This document shows positions 37,759 to 44,978 of a stretch of 44,978 nucleotides of DNA, piece after piece (positions within the stretch are counted from its first letter, which is position 1; the number at the start of each line of letters is the position of its first letter). The position numbers and the translations under genes are program-made. A model generated the notes under the pieces. That model did not search any database. It was not told the origin of the DNA and was given only the letters and a program-made list of their open reading frames with translations. The DNA is from a virus (taxonomy: Duplodnaviria > Caudoviricetes). The stretch lies in IMG/VR virus record IMGVR_UViG_3300017658_000128, positions 1 through 44,978 of that record, one strand, 5' to 3'.

Positions 37759-38088
37759 TCAGCTCCCCCGCATGATCTCGGCATAGCGCGGCAATGTCGC
37801 CATCGCGTGATCGACGATGTCGCCATAAGGCCGGCACATGCCGTCGAACCAGTTGCAGGCAGTCTGGAACGTGACCGAGAAATGCACCGCGCAGGCCTCG
37901 CGCGAAGTGAAGCTGGCGATCATCAGCAGCGACCAGCGGCGCATGAAGGCATCGCGGTCGACAGCATGCACATGGCCGCGCCGTGCGGCAGGGGCCGACC
38001 GGCGGCGGTCAAATGGCCTTTCACGGGACATTTGGCCCGCGTCGTGTGAAGCTTTGCGAAATTCAGGTGTTCTGAGGAGTTGGGACAT
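37759..38088 (-). CDS. CII-position HTH protein
   Basis: SREACAVHFSVTFQTACNWFDG; follows the cro-like gene. Confidence 0.6.
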   Translation of the reverse strand: MSQLLRTPEFRKASHDAGQMSRERPFDRRRSAPAARRGHVHAVDRDAFMRRWSLLMIASFTSREACAVHFSVTFQTACNWFDGMCRPYGDIVDHAMATLPRYAEIMRGS

Positions 38089-38365
38089 GATGGATCTCGG
38101 ACTTTGGGACCGCCTGCGCGGTCGGTTGAAAGGAACCAGGCGCAATGCCGCCATCCATCCCGACAAACGAGAACAGGTGCCGGGGGCAATCGAGCCCCGC
38201 ATCCAGGCACATGCGCTCGATCACGTCGAACCAACGGGCGGAGAAGCATCCGTCCGTGATCGCGTTGCTCACGGCAGTCACGCGGACCCCGATTTCGGCG
38301 GCAATCCGGCGACGCCCGAGAGCTTCGCAAATCGAAGAGACAGTGGGGGCGGGCGATCGGTCCAT
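38063..38365 (-). CDS. Cro-like repressor
   Basis: ICEALGRRRIAAEIGVRVTAVSNA HTH; divergent from the repressor. Confidence 0.75.
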   Translation of the reverse strand: MDRSPAPTVSSICEALGRRRIAAEIGVRVTAVSNAITDGCFSARWFDVIERMCLDAGLDCPRHLFSFVGMDGGIAPGSFQPTAQAVPKSEIHHVPTPQNT

Positions 38366-38371
38366 GCCGGC

Positions 38372-38446
38372 AAACTGCGTCAGATTTTCTGGCTCGTCAA
38401 GGTTCAGACCAACCGCAATTCACAAATTCTGAACCCGAGCGATAAT
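38372..38446. promoter_or_regulatory. OR-like region: divergent promoters and operators
   Basis: Minus-strand TTGACG-17-CAGTTT (38400-38372); operators at 38380-38392 and 38420-38432; plus-strand GATAAT at 38441-38446. Confidence 0.7.
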
Positions 38447-38452
38447 GCCCGC

Positions 38453-38794
38453 ATGGATATAGAGACCAAGACACGACTCGCCTATCTGAACGACATGGGC
38501 CTTGCTGCGACCGCGATCCGGTTGCGAGCTGCCTTCATGGTGACGGGCCTGAGTCAACTGAAAGATCTGGCACGGGCCGCGAATATCTCGCGGACCGTTT
38601 TAAGCAACGCATTGGCCGGCTCAACTTACCCCAATCGGGATGTGATGAAGTACCTCTATCGAACGCATCGAATAGATTTCAATTTCATTATGAACGGCGA
38701 TTTTTCTCAACTCCCCGGCGACGTACAAGACAAGCTATTTCCTGCGCTTGAACGCGCAAAAAGTGAATGGGATCAAAGAGAAAATTCAAACTGA
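38453..38794 (+). CDS. Prophage repressor (XRE HTH, no peptidase domain)
   Basis: LKDLARAANISRTVLSNALAG...IDFNFIMNGD; 113 aa. Confidence 0.8.
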   Translation: MDIETKTRLAYLNDMGLAATAIRLRAAFMVTGLSQLKDLARAANISRTVLSNALAGSTYPNRDVMKYLYRTHRIDFNFIMNGDFSQLPGDVQDKLFPALERAKSEWDQRENSN

Positions 38795-39132
38795 CACCGC
38801 ACCTTACAGCAAGGCGCGCCACCCTGTGCATAAAGCTAGACATTCGTCCTCCAAGCTAATGTAACGCGGCAAAAGTTACGGCTTACCACCGCAGTACGCC
38901 GCGAAGCGGCATGCCGAGCGCCGCGACATCTTGTCCAACTCTCAGAACGAGAAGACCTCCGTTCAAACCGGCAACTCCCGATGGATGTCCCGATGAGGTC
39001 GCATGAAATGAGGTGCCCCAATCTTGGAGTCCGCTCTTGGCGCTCTCTGATGGGCAAGCCAGTGCATTGAAGACTAAGGGTATCAATCCCCAAGCATCCG
39101 CCCCCTCTTTGGCACCAGACATTAGAATTAGT

Positions 39133-39184
39133 TCATATTTTCTGACGCACGGAGATTGACAATTCAGATTTACTGACACAGTTT
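39133..39184 (+). promoter_or_regulatory. OL/PL-like promoter with two operators
   Basis: TTGACA(39156)-17-CAGTTT(39179); operators at 39133-39145 and 39164-39176. Confidence 0.75.
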
Positions 39185-39217
39185 AGACCCATCCGAAACC
39201 CTTGGATGGAGCTCACC

Positions 39218-39406
39218 ATGCAGACCCATTCGCTACCCCCGACCGCGCGTGCCGTCCTTGAGGCTCGTCAAGTCATCGCCGATCCCAATATCGCCGCCAC
39301 CCTGTCCGAAGCCCGTCGCCGAATGGCGTGGATGATTGCTGCCCGCCATCGTGGCAACATCTGTCGCCAGCACCCGCAGCCTGCCCCACTGTGGGAGAAT
39401 CGCTGA
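39218..39406 (+). CDS. Hypothetical early protein
   Basis: GGAG RBS; first gene after PL. Confidence 0.55.
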   Translation: MQTHSLPPTARAVLEARQVIADPNIAATLSEARRRMAWMIAARHRGNICRQHPQPAPLWENR

Positions 39407-39732
39407 TGGACACCTCATACCCTCACATCAAGCGCCCGCGCTCCGCGCTGGACCGGCCACATCCTTACCATCGCCGTGATGACCTGATCCGCATCCTTGG
39501 CGTGCCCGAAGCTCGCCAGTTCGATCCGCAGGACGACGAGGCCGAGGGTCGCAAGCCTTGGGCTTGGGTGGGCGTCTTTCTCTGGCTGGGGATCGTGGCG
39601 CTGGTTTTGGCCGGCTTCGCGCTCGGCCTGCTGATCGGTCGGATCGATGCCAGCGCCGCCTTAGACTTCCTCGCGCCCACCGCCGCGCAGGCCCGCGATG
39701 CGGGCTGGGTCGCGATCGCGGAGGGTCTTTGA
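39406..39732 (+). CDS. Hypothetical membrane protein
   Basis: TGATG coupling; one TM helix. Confidence 0.6.
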   Translation: MDTSYPHIKRPRSALDRPHPYHRRDDLIRILGVPEARQFDPQDDEAEGRKPWAWVGVFLWLGIVALVLAGFALGLLIGRIDASAALDFLAPTAAQARDAGWVAIAEGL

Positions 39733-39908
39733 TGGGCATCGTCGATAGCGACAGCCTGCCCGGCCTCTTTGGCGAGCGCATCGGTCAGGTGATTTCCGAC
39801 AACCTGCGCTTCCGCAATTTGCTGCAGCGCACCCTTCAGCGGTTCCCGACGCTCGGCAACACCGAGCTGATGGTCGAGATCAAAGCCGCGCTGGCGGAGG
39901 ATCATTAA
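39732..39908 (+). CDS. Hypothetical protein
   Basis: TGATG coupling. Confidence 0.55.
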   Translation: MGIVDSDSLPGLFGERIGQVISDNLRFRNLLQRTLQRFPTLGNTELMVEIKAALAEDH

Positions 39909-40105
39909 TGGCCGCTGGTACCCGTTTTCAGGAAACCAAGGGCGGTGCGATCCTCGACCGCTTCACCGGCGCGGTCGTTGCCCGGATCGAGGTGGTCGAA
40001 CTCGACACCGCGACGGCGCTGCGCGTCAGCAACCTGATCGTCGACGCGCTGCATCGCGAGTTCGGCCCAGCCCATTTGGTCAATGTGGTGCCGGACCGAA
40101 GCTGA
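39908..40105 (+). CDS. Hypothetical protein
   Basis: TAATG coupling. Confidence 0.55.
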   Translation: MAAGTRFQETKGGAILDRFTGAVVARIEVVELDTATALRVSNLIVDALHREFGPAHLVNVVPDRS

Positions 40106-40112
40106 CAGTTTC

Positions 40113-40221
40113 CGGCGGGGCTTCGGTCCTGCCGCTGAGATGGGTGCGCCGTGAAGCCTGCACCCGGACTGGCTGGCCGCGGCTGATCCTCCTCCTCCCA
40201 CCACGATCAGCCGCGGCCAGC
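40113..40221 (+). ncRNA. Candidate structured RNA with a CCUCCUCCC-loop hairpin (cuckoo/CcsR-like)
   Basis: cUUCGg hairpin 40113-40134, second hairpin 40142-40165, and a perfect 17-bp stem 40172-40221 with a C-rich loop. Confidence 0.45.
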
Positions 40222-40235
40222 TCCTTTCCATTCAC

Positions 40236-40258
40236 CACCGCGCCCGGCGGCACCGGGC
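40236..40258 (+). repeat. 23-bp hairpin repeat, copy 1
   Basis: CACCGCGCCCGGCGGCACCGGGC. Confidence 0.8.
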
Positions 40259-40281
40259 ATCAATGCTGAGGAATAAAATCA

Positions 40282-40716
40282 ATGTTCGGAAAACTGTTTG
40301 GCAAGAAGGCCGAAGCTGCCGTCCAGAAATTCTCTGGCCGCACCGACTTCCTGGAAGCCACCTGCGCCGCCGCGTCGCTGATCGCGGCCGCTGATGGCGA
40401 GATCGAAGACGCCGAGGTCAGTGCCACGGTCAAAGCCGTTACAGCCAACAAGGCGCTGGCCAATGGCTTCGACGGCCCGACGATCGAGAAGACCATCAAT
40501 GCCATGCTCGACCGCGCCGGCGGCGGGCGCGTCGGCCGCGCCGGACTGCGCAAGGAAATCATGGAAGTGTCGAAAGACGCCGAGATGGCGGAGGCCGTCA
40601 TCCTGACCGCGCTGGACGTAGCCGAGGCCGATGGCGAGATCGAACCCGCCGAACAGAAGGTGCTGGAGAGCCTGTCCAAGGATCTCGGGATCGACCTGAA
40701 CCGGCTGGCTGCCTGA
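40282..40716 (+). CDS. TerB family protein
   Basis: Duplicated AADGEIEDAE / EADGEIEPAE motifs. Confidence 0.88.
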   Translation: MFGKLFGKKAEAAVQKFSGRTDFLEATCAAASLIAAADGEIEDAEVSATVKAVTANKALANGFDGPTIEKTINAMLDRAGGGRVGRAGLRKEIMEVSKDAEMAEAVILTALDVAEADGEIEPAEQKVLESLSKDLGIDLNRLAA

Positions 40717-40868
40717 TGGGCACGCTGCGCTCGACCACGGCGGCAGGTGCGATCGGCGCGATCATCATCGCACAGGTCATCCTGCCCGCGACCCTCGATC
40801 TGATCTTGTCCGTCGCGCTGGCCGGGACCGCGGGCTGGGCGGGATTCAAGCTGGGCCGCGACGCTTAG
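40716..40868 (+). CDS. 50-aa membrane protein coupled to terB
   Basis: TGATG overlap; MGTLRSTTAAGAIGAIIIAQVILPATLDLILSVALAGTAGWAGFKLGRDA. Confidence 0.6.
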   Translation: MGTLRSTTAAGAIGAIIIAQVILPATLDLILSVALAGTAGWAGFKLGRDA

Positions 40869-40885
40869 CGGCCCGACGCAGGCTT

Positions 40886-40908
40886 CACCGCGCCCGGCGG
40901 CTCCGGGC
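40886..40908 (+). repeat. 23-bp hairpin repeat, copy 2
   Basis: CACCGCGCCCGGCGGCTCCGGGC (one mismatch to copy 1). Confidence 0.8.
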
Positions 40909-40929
40909 GATCACCCGAAAGGATTTGAG

Positions 40930-41187
40930 ATGGTCCAGACCCTTGAAAGCACGTCAGACGACCGCACAGCAAACAATGCCGTCCGGCACAAGTATCGCGT
41001 CCTGTCGGACAGCGAGAAGGCCCAGATGCAGGAGATCAAGGATCTCGGTGCCAAGTTCATCGGCAAGCTTCATGAGATCGGCGGCACGGATGCGACCGGC
41101 GATCGCTTTGCATCGCGCGATCTTTCGCTGGCCAACACCCATGCCGAGGACGCCGTCATGCGCGCCGTCCGGCACATCACCGCCTGA
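40930..41187 (+). CDS. Acb2-like cyclic-oligonucleotide sponge (anti-CBASS candidate)
   Basis: YRVLSDSEKAQMQEIKDLG and RDLSLANTHAEDAVMRAVRHI resemble the two conserved Acb2 helices as I recall them. Confidence 0.7.
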   Translation: MVQTLESTSDDRTANNAVRHKYRVLSDSEKAQMQEIKDLGAKFIGKLHEIGGTDATGDRFASRDLSLANTHAEDAVMRAVRHITA

Positions 41188-41202
41188 ACCTCGGAGGATA
41201 CC

Positions 41203-41574
41203 ATGGAAATCCCAAACCTCCCGCCCCAGCTCCGCAGCCTCGACCAGATGCTGTCCCTTGCCGATGCCGGCGACTACCTGCCCGACCTGATGGCGCGCAT
41301 CGAAGAAAACAACATCGAGATGCGGCAGTTCGCCCAAGACTTTTCGACCACGGCGAAGGGCAAGATCACCCTGACCATCGACGTTAAGGTCGATGCCTTC
41401 GGCCATACCGAGATGGTGATCGACGACAAGATCACCGGGCCGAAGCCGCCCAAGCACAAGGCCGTCGCCTGGATGACCGGTGATGGCGGCATCACCACCC
41501 ACAATCCCGCGCAATCCCGGATGGAAATCCGCGATGCCGGCAATGGCCGGCGCGAACTGCGCGCGGCCGAGTAA
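41203..41574 (+). CDS. Hypothetical protein, usual partner of DUF2303
   Basis: KGKITLTIDVK...WMTGDGGITTHNPAQ. Confidence 0.7.
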   Translation: MEIPNLPPQLRSLDQMLSLADAGDYLPDLMARIEENNIEMRQFAQDFSTTAKGKITLTIDVKVDAFGHTEMVIDDKITGPKPPKHKAVAWMTGDGGITTHNPAQSRMEIRDAGNGRRELRAAE

Positions 41575-41586
41575 TGCGAGGAAAGC

Positions 41587-42567
41587 ATGACCGAGAACCC
41601 CAAGAACATCGCCGAAACGCTGCTTGCCGAACTTCCGCGCCTGGGCGAGGTGCAAGTGATCAGCGCGCCCTCGTCGGAAGCGCCCGACGCGCCCTATATC
41701 GTTGCCGTGCCGGACGGGCTGCGGACCGAGGATCTGACCGCCAAGCATCGTGCCGTGGTCGAGGCGCTGAAGCCGCTGCAACGGACCGGCAAGGCCGTGC
41801 TCGATGATCTGCACAGCCTTGTCGAATGGACCAACCGGTTCAAGGGTGCCGACAGCGCGCTCTTCGGCCAGATCCATCCGGCGCCGAAGCTGATTTCGGT
41901 GATCGACTATCACGGCTTCGGCGCGCCGACCCATGACAGTCTGGATGGCGATCCGACCGCGAACTATGGCCGTCACCGCGCCATCTACAACTTCCCGCTG
42001 TCGGAGCAGTGGAAGCACTGGATGGCGATTGATGGCAAGGCGCTCGACAAGGACGTGTTCGGCGAGTTCATCGAGGCCAACGCCGATGACTTCCTCGACC
42101 CGACGCCCGCGCTGCTCGGCCGGCCCGGTGACGAGGTTCAGCCCTGGGAACAGCGGATGATCGACATCGCCGCGAAAATCCAAGGCCGGTTCGGACAATA
42201 CGCAGCGATCAACCTGCTCTCGCGCGAGCTGAAGATCCATGAGGTCGGGCATATTGAGGTCAAGACCAACCGCGACACCGGCGAGGCGCAGGTCCAGTTC
42301 CTGACCGAGCATCGCAGCCCTGATGGCAGCCCGCTGACGCTGCCGAACCTCTTCATGATCGCCATCCCGGTTTTCGAGGAAGGCGCGCTTTACCGGCTGG
42401 CGGTGCGCTTCCGCTACCGCAAGTCGGGATCGGACGTGAAGTTCATAGCCTCGATCTACAACCCCGACGCGGCGCTGCGCGATGCCGCGCGCGAGGCCAT
42501 GACGACCGCCCAGCAGGCGACCGAACTGCCGCTGATGATGGGCATCCCTGAGATCGGTGCTGCCTGA
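41587..42567 (+). CDS. DUF2303 family protein
   Basis: VIDYH, HRAIY, SEQW..W, FGEFIE and IPVFE...RFRYR. Confidence 0.8.
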   Translation: MTENPKNIAETLLAELPRLGEVQVISAPSSEAPDAPYIVAVPDGLRTEDLTAKHRAVVEALKPLQRTGKAVLDDLHSLVEWTNRFKGADSALFGQIHPAPKLISVIDYHGFGAPTHDSLDGDPTANYGRHRAIYNFPLSEQWKHWMAIDGKALDKDVFGEFIEANADDFLDPTPALLGRPGDEVQPWEQRMIDIAAKIQGRFGQYAAINLLSRELKIHEVGHIEVKTNRDTGEAQVQFLTEHRSPDGSPLTLPNLFMIAIPVFEEGALYRLAVRFRYRKSGSDVKFIASIYNPDAALRDAAREAMTTAQQATELPLMMGIPEIGAA

Positions 42568-42630
42568 CCCTTCTGGTGTGTCGCCCCGCGTGGGCGGCCA
42601 TCCAGAGAGATCACGGCGAGGAAGACTGAA

Positions 42631-42888
42631 ATGACCATCGCGCCCGAAACCCGCTGCCTGAATTGCGGCAATGACAGCCCTTGTGGGTGCAGCGAGCCAA
42701 TGCCGGCGGCGGACGCCTATGCCGCCCAGACGACAGTCGAGGCTCGGTATAAGCCGCTCAGTGATCTGACGCGCATCCTGAATATCGCGCGGGAAGCTCG
42801 ACCCGCTTATGCTGTCACGGCACTGATCAAGATCGAGGACATCGCGGCCGCCGCCTTGCGCACGCTTGGAGGGCGGGTCGATGGGTGA
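42631..42888 (+). CDS. Hypothetical protein (Cys-rich N-terminus)
   Basis: CLNCG...CGC; RBS present. Confidence 0.55.
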   Translation: MTIAPETRCLNCGNDSPCGCSEPMPAADAYAAQTTVEARYKPLSDLTRILNIAREARPAYAVTALIKIEDIAAAALRTLGGRVDG

Positions 42889-43573
42889 CACGCTCCGCAT
42901 ACTGGTCGCATGCGAAACGTCCGGCGTCATGCGCCGGGCCTTCGCGGTTCGTGGCCACGATGTGTGGTCCTGCGATCTGCTGGCTGCCGAGGATGGCAGC
43001 AACCGGCACATTCGCGGCGATGTACGAGAGCTGCTGCACGACGGATGGGATCTACTCGCCGTCATGCACCCGCCCTGCACCCGGCTGTGCCGCTCTGGCC
43101 GCCGCTGGATGTCTGGCCCGGGCAAATGGACACCGCCGAAGCAGCTGCCCAAGGGCCGGAGCTGGGAAAGCATGAAGGCCGAGTTCGAGGCAGGGGTCGC
43201 GCTATTCACCGCCTGCTGGCGCGCGCCGATAGAGCGGGTTGCGATCGAGAACCCGGAAATGAACGACCTGGCGCGCGATCGCATGCCGACCGACCTGCCC
43301 GCTCCGCAGATGGTTCAGCCGTTCTGGTTCGGCGAACCGGCATACAAGAATACCGGTTTCTACCTGCGCGGCTTGCCTCGGCTGGAGCCGACGCACATGC
43401 TGATCGAGCCTTTGCGCGGCAGCGACGAATGGAAAGCATGGAATGCCGTCCACCGCGCCCCGCCCGGTCCGGACCGGTGGAAGATCCGCAGCAGGACATT
43501 CGAAGGGGTTGCCGCAGCCGGTGCCGACCAGTGGGGCGGGTATGCCATGGAAGAGATCAGGAGGGCAGCGTGA
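42881..43573 (+). CDS. Phage DNA cytosine-methyltransferase-like protein
   Basis: LVACETSG, SCDL, HPPC (PC motif), IENP and QPFWFG. Confidence 0.65.
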   Translation: MGDTLRILVACETSGVMRRAFAVRGHDVWSCDLLAAEDGSNRHIRGDVRELLHDGWDLLAVMHPPCTRLCRSGRRWMSGPGKWTPPKQLPKGRSWESMKAEFEAGVALFTACWRAPIERVAIENPEMNDLARDRMPTDLPAPQMVQPFWFGEPAYKNTGFYLRGLPRLEPTHMLIEPLRGSDEWKAWNAVHRAPPGPDRWKIRSRTFEGVAAAGADQWGGYAMEEIRRAA

Positions 43574-43755
43574 TGGCACGCCGCGCTGCGTTCACGGAAG
43601 CCGATCTCCGTCGCGCAATGAAGGTTGCGCGGCAGGCCGATGCGCGCTCGATTGTCGAAGTGACGGCCGAGGGAACGATCCGTATCTTGCCAGAATCGGT
43701 GCGCACAAGCACCTCGGAGGTCGATAAGTGGTTCGAGCAGAATGACGAGAGTTAA
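43573..43755 (+). CDS. Excisionase-like small protein
   Basis: MARRAAFTEADLRRAMKVA...; overlaps the integrase start. Confidence 0.55.
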   Translation: MARRAAFTEADLRRAMKVARQADARSIVEVTAEGTIRILPESVRTSTSEVDKWFEQNDES

Positions 43756-44848
43756 CCTGAAGGGTATCAACCGCATCCGGAAGAAGCTCGCGGACGGGTC
43801 GATTCGCGAGCATCACTATGTCGGACGAGGCAAGGGAGCCATGAAGTTCTGGGACAGCGCCAGCGGCATAACCCTCGGATCGCCCGAGTATGTCGAAGCT
43901 TTCACCAAAGCATCCAAGAGCAGCACGCCGGCACAGGGCAAGTTCCGATCGGTGATATTGCGATTCATCGAAAGCCAGGATTTCACAGAACTGGCCCCAC
44001 GAACCCAGTCCGACATGAAGAAGTCGTTCTTCCACTCAACGAATGGAATAGACCACAGGTTCGGCGACGCGCCTCTTGCAGCCTTCGAGGACCCGCGCAT
44101 CAGGCGCCAGGCTCTCGATTGGCGGGACAAGATCGGCGGCAAAGTAGGGGACGATCGAATCAGACACCTGCAGCGTCTGATAGGTTTCGCGCTGGATCGG
44201 ACCATGATCCGGCAGCATCAGCTGATGGGCATCAAGTCAATCTACAAGGGCAAGCGCGCCGAGATCTTCTGGCTACCGGACGAGGTCGAGGCCTTCCGGC
44301 TCGGCGCTCCGGCACATGTCTGGCGCATCCTTGCGATCGCCTTGGAGACAGGGCTCCGGCCAGGCGATCTGGTCGAGCTGTCGCGCGAGCACATCCACCG
44401 GACGCCCCACGGCCACCGGATTGTCATCTGGACCAAGAAGCGTAAGCGCCTCGCATCGATCCCAGTCACGCGGACGATGGCCGAGATTATCGCCGTGACG
44501 CCCGATCAACAAACGCGCCTGATCGTCAATAAGGGCGGTCAGCCCTACCAGCATGAGAATTATCTGGGTGATGCGGTCAGCACTTGGCGAGACAAGATCA
44601 AGATCCGGTCTCAGCTGCAGCTGAAGGATGCCCGCGGCACGGCCGCCACGCGCCTTCTCGAGGCCGGTGCCGAATTGAAGGAGATCGCGACCCATATGGG
44701 CTGGTCGATCAAGCACGCGGCCGAAGTCATCGAGCGCTATGTTGCGTTGTCTCCGAGGATGACGGATGGGCTGGCCGAGAAGCTGGCTCAGGCCGAATCC
44801 AGAACAAAGCTGCAAACCGACCTGCAAACCGGAGGTGGTCAGAAGTAG
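43742..44848 (+). CDS. int: Tyrosine integrase
   Basis: TGLRPGDL, KDARGTAAT, IATHMGWS and ERYV; adjacent to the tRNA. Confidence 0.93.
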   Translation: MTRVNLKGINRIRKKLADGSIREHHYVGRGKGAMKFWDSASGITLGSPEYVEAFTKASKSSTPAQGKFRSVILRFIESQDFTELAPRTQSDMKKSFFHSTNGIDHRFGDAPLAAFEDPRIRRQALDWRDKIGGKVGDDRIRHLQRLIGFALDRTMIRQHQLMGIKSIYKGKRAEIFWLPDEVEAFRLGAPAHVWRILAIALETGLRPGDLVELSREHIHRTPHGHRIVIWTKKRKRLASIPVTRTMAEIIAVTPDQQTRLIVNKGGQPYQHENYLGDAVSTWRDKIKIRSQLQLKDARGTAATRLLEAGAELKEIATHMGWSIKHAAEVIERYVALSPRMTDGLAEKLAQAESRTKLQTDLQTGGGQK

Positions 44849-44856
44849 CTAAGTGC

Positions 44857-44933
44857 TGGTCGGGGCGAGAGGATTCGAACCTCCGGCCTACGGTACCCAA
44901 AACCGTCGCGCTACCAGGCTGCGCTACGCCCCG
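44857..44933 (-). tRNA. tRNA-Pro (TGG), CCA encoded; integration target
   Basis: 77-nt cloverleaf CGGGGCG...ACGGT-TTTGGGT-ACCGT...GGTTCGAATCC...CCA. Confidence 0.97.
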
Positions 44934-44978
44934 AACCTCGGGCTATCTAGCCGCTTGATCGCGCCGGGGAAAGGGGAA

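Larger units (their letters stand above)
1..44856. mobile_element. Lambda-like temperate prophage integrated at tRNA-Pro(TGG); left boundary not visible
   Basis: Integrase abuts the tRNA 3' end, followed by ordered early, immunity, replication, packaging, head, tail and lysis modules. Secure from about 5300 rightwards; 1-5300 is inferred cargo. Confidence 0.9.

Noticed and set aside
37023-37826. 267-aa ORF running antisense through brnTA
   Set aside because: No motifs; the plus-strand TA genes explain the region.
38836-39179. Minus-strand ORFs between the repressor and PL
   Set aside because: No convincing RBS or family features.
40954-43284. 776-aa minus-strand ORF
   Set aside because: Antisense to a coupled operon of recognisable genes.

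Overview
The window is an almost complete lambda-like (cos-type, long-tailed) temperate prophage, about 45 kb, in a high-GC alphaproteobacterium (Rhodobacteraceae/Paracoccus-like by gene style; inferred). It is integrated at the 3' end of a tRNA-Pro(TGG) gene at the right edge. From right to left it contains: a tyrosine integrase and excisionase-like gene; an early operon (MTase-like gene, DUF2303, an Acb2-like anti-CBASS sponge, TerB); a repressor/Cro switch with readable operators and promoters; a BrnT/BrnA toxin-antitoxin pair; a replication gene with a candidate origin; cos and terminases; a portal gene broken by a 1-nt frameshift; a ClpP-capsid fusion; tail genes with a GGGAAAG frameshift; a beta-helix tailspike; and lysis genes. 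The most unusual content is a set of glycan-tailoring enzymes. A GT8 glycosyltransferase and an ExoV-like pyruvyltransferase sit between tailspike and lysin. Beyond the lysis genes lies a complete glycerol-phosphate transfer route (GpsA, TagD-like cytidylyltransferase, LicD-family transferase with an F-type-lectin-like N-terminal domain) plus a sulfotransferase. The left att site is not visible, so assigning bases 1-5300 to the prophage is an inference. All family calls come from motif recognition, not database searches.
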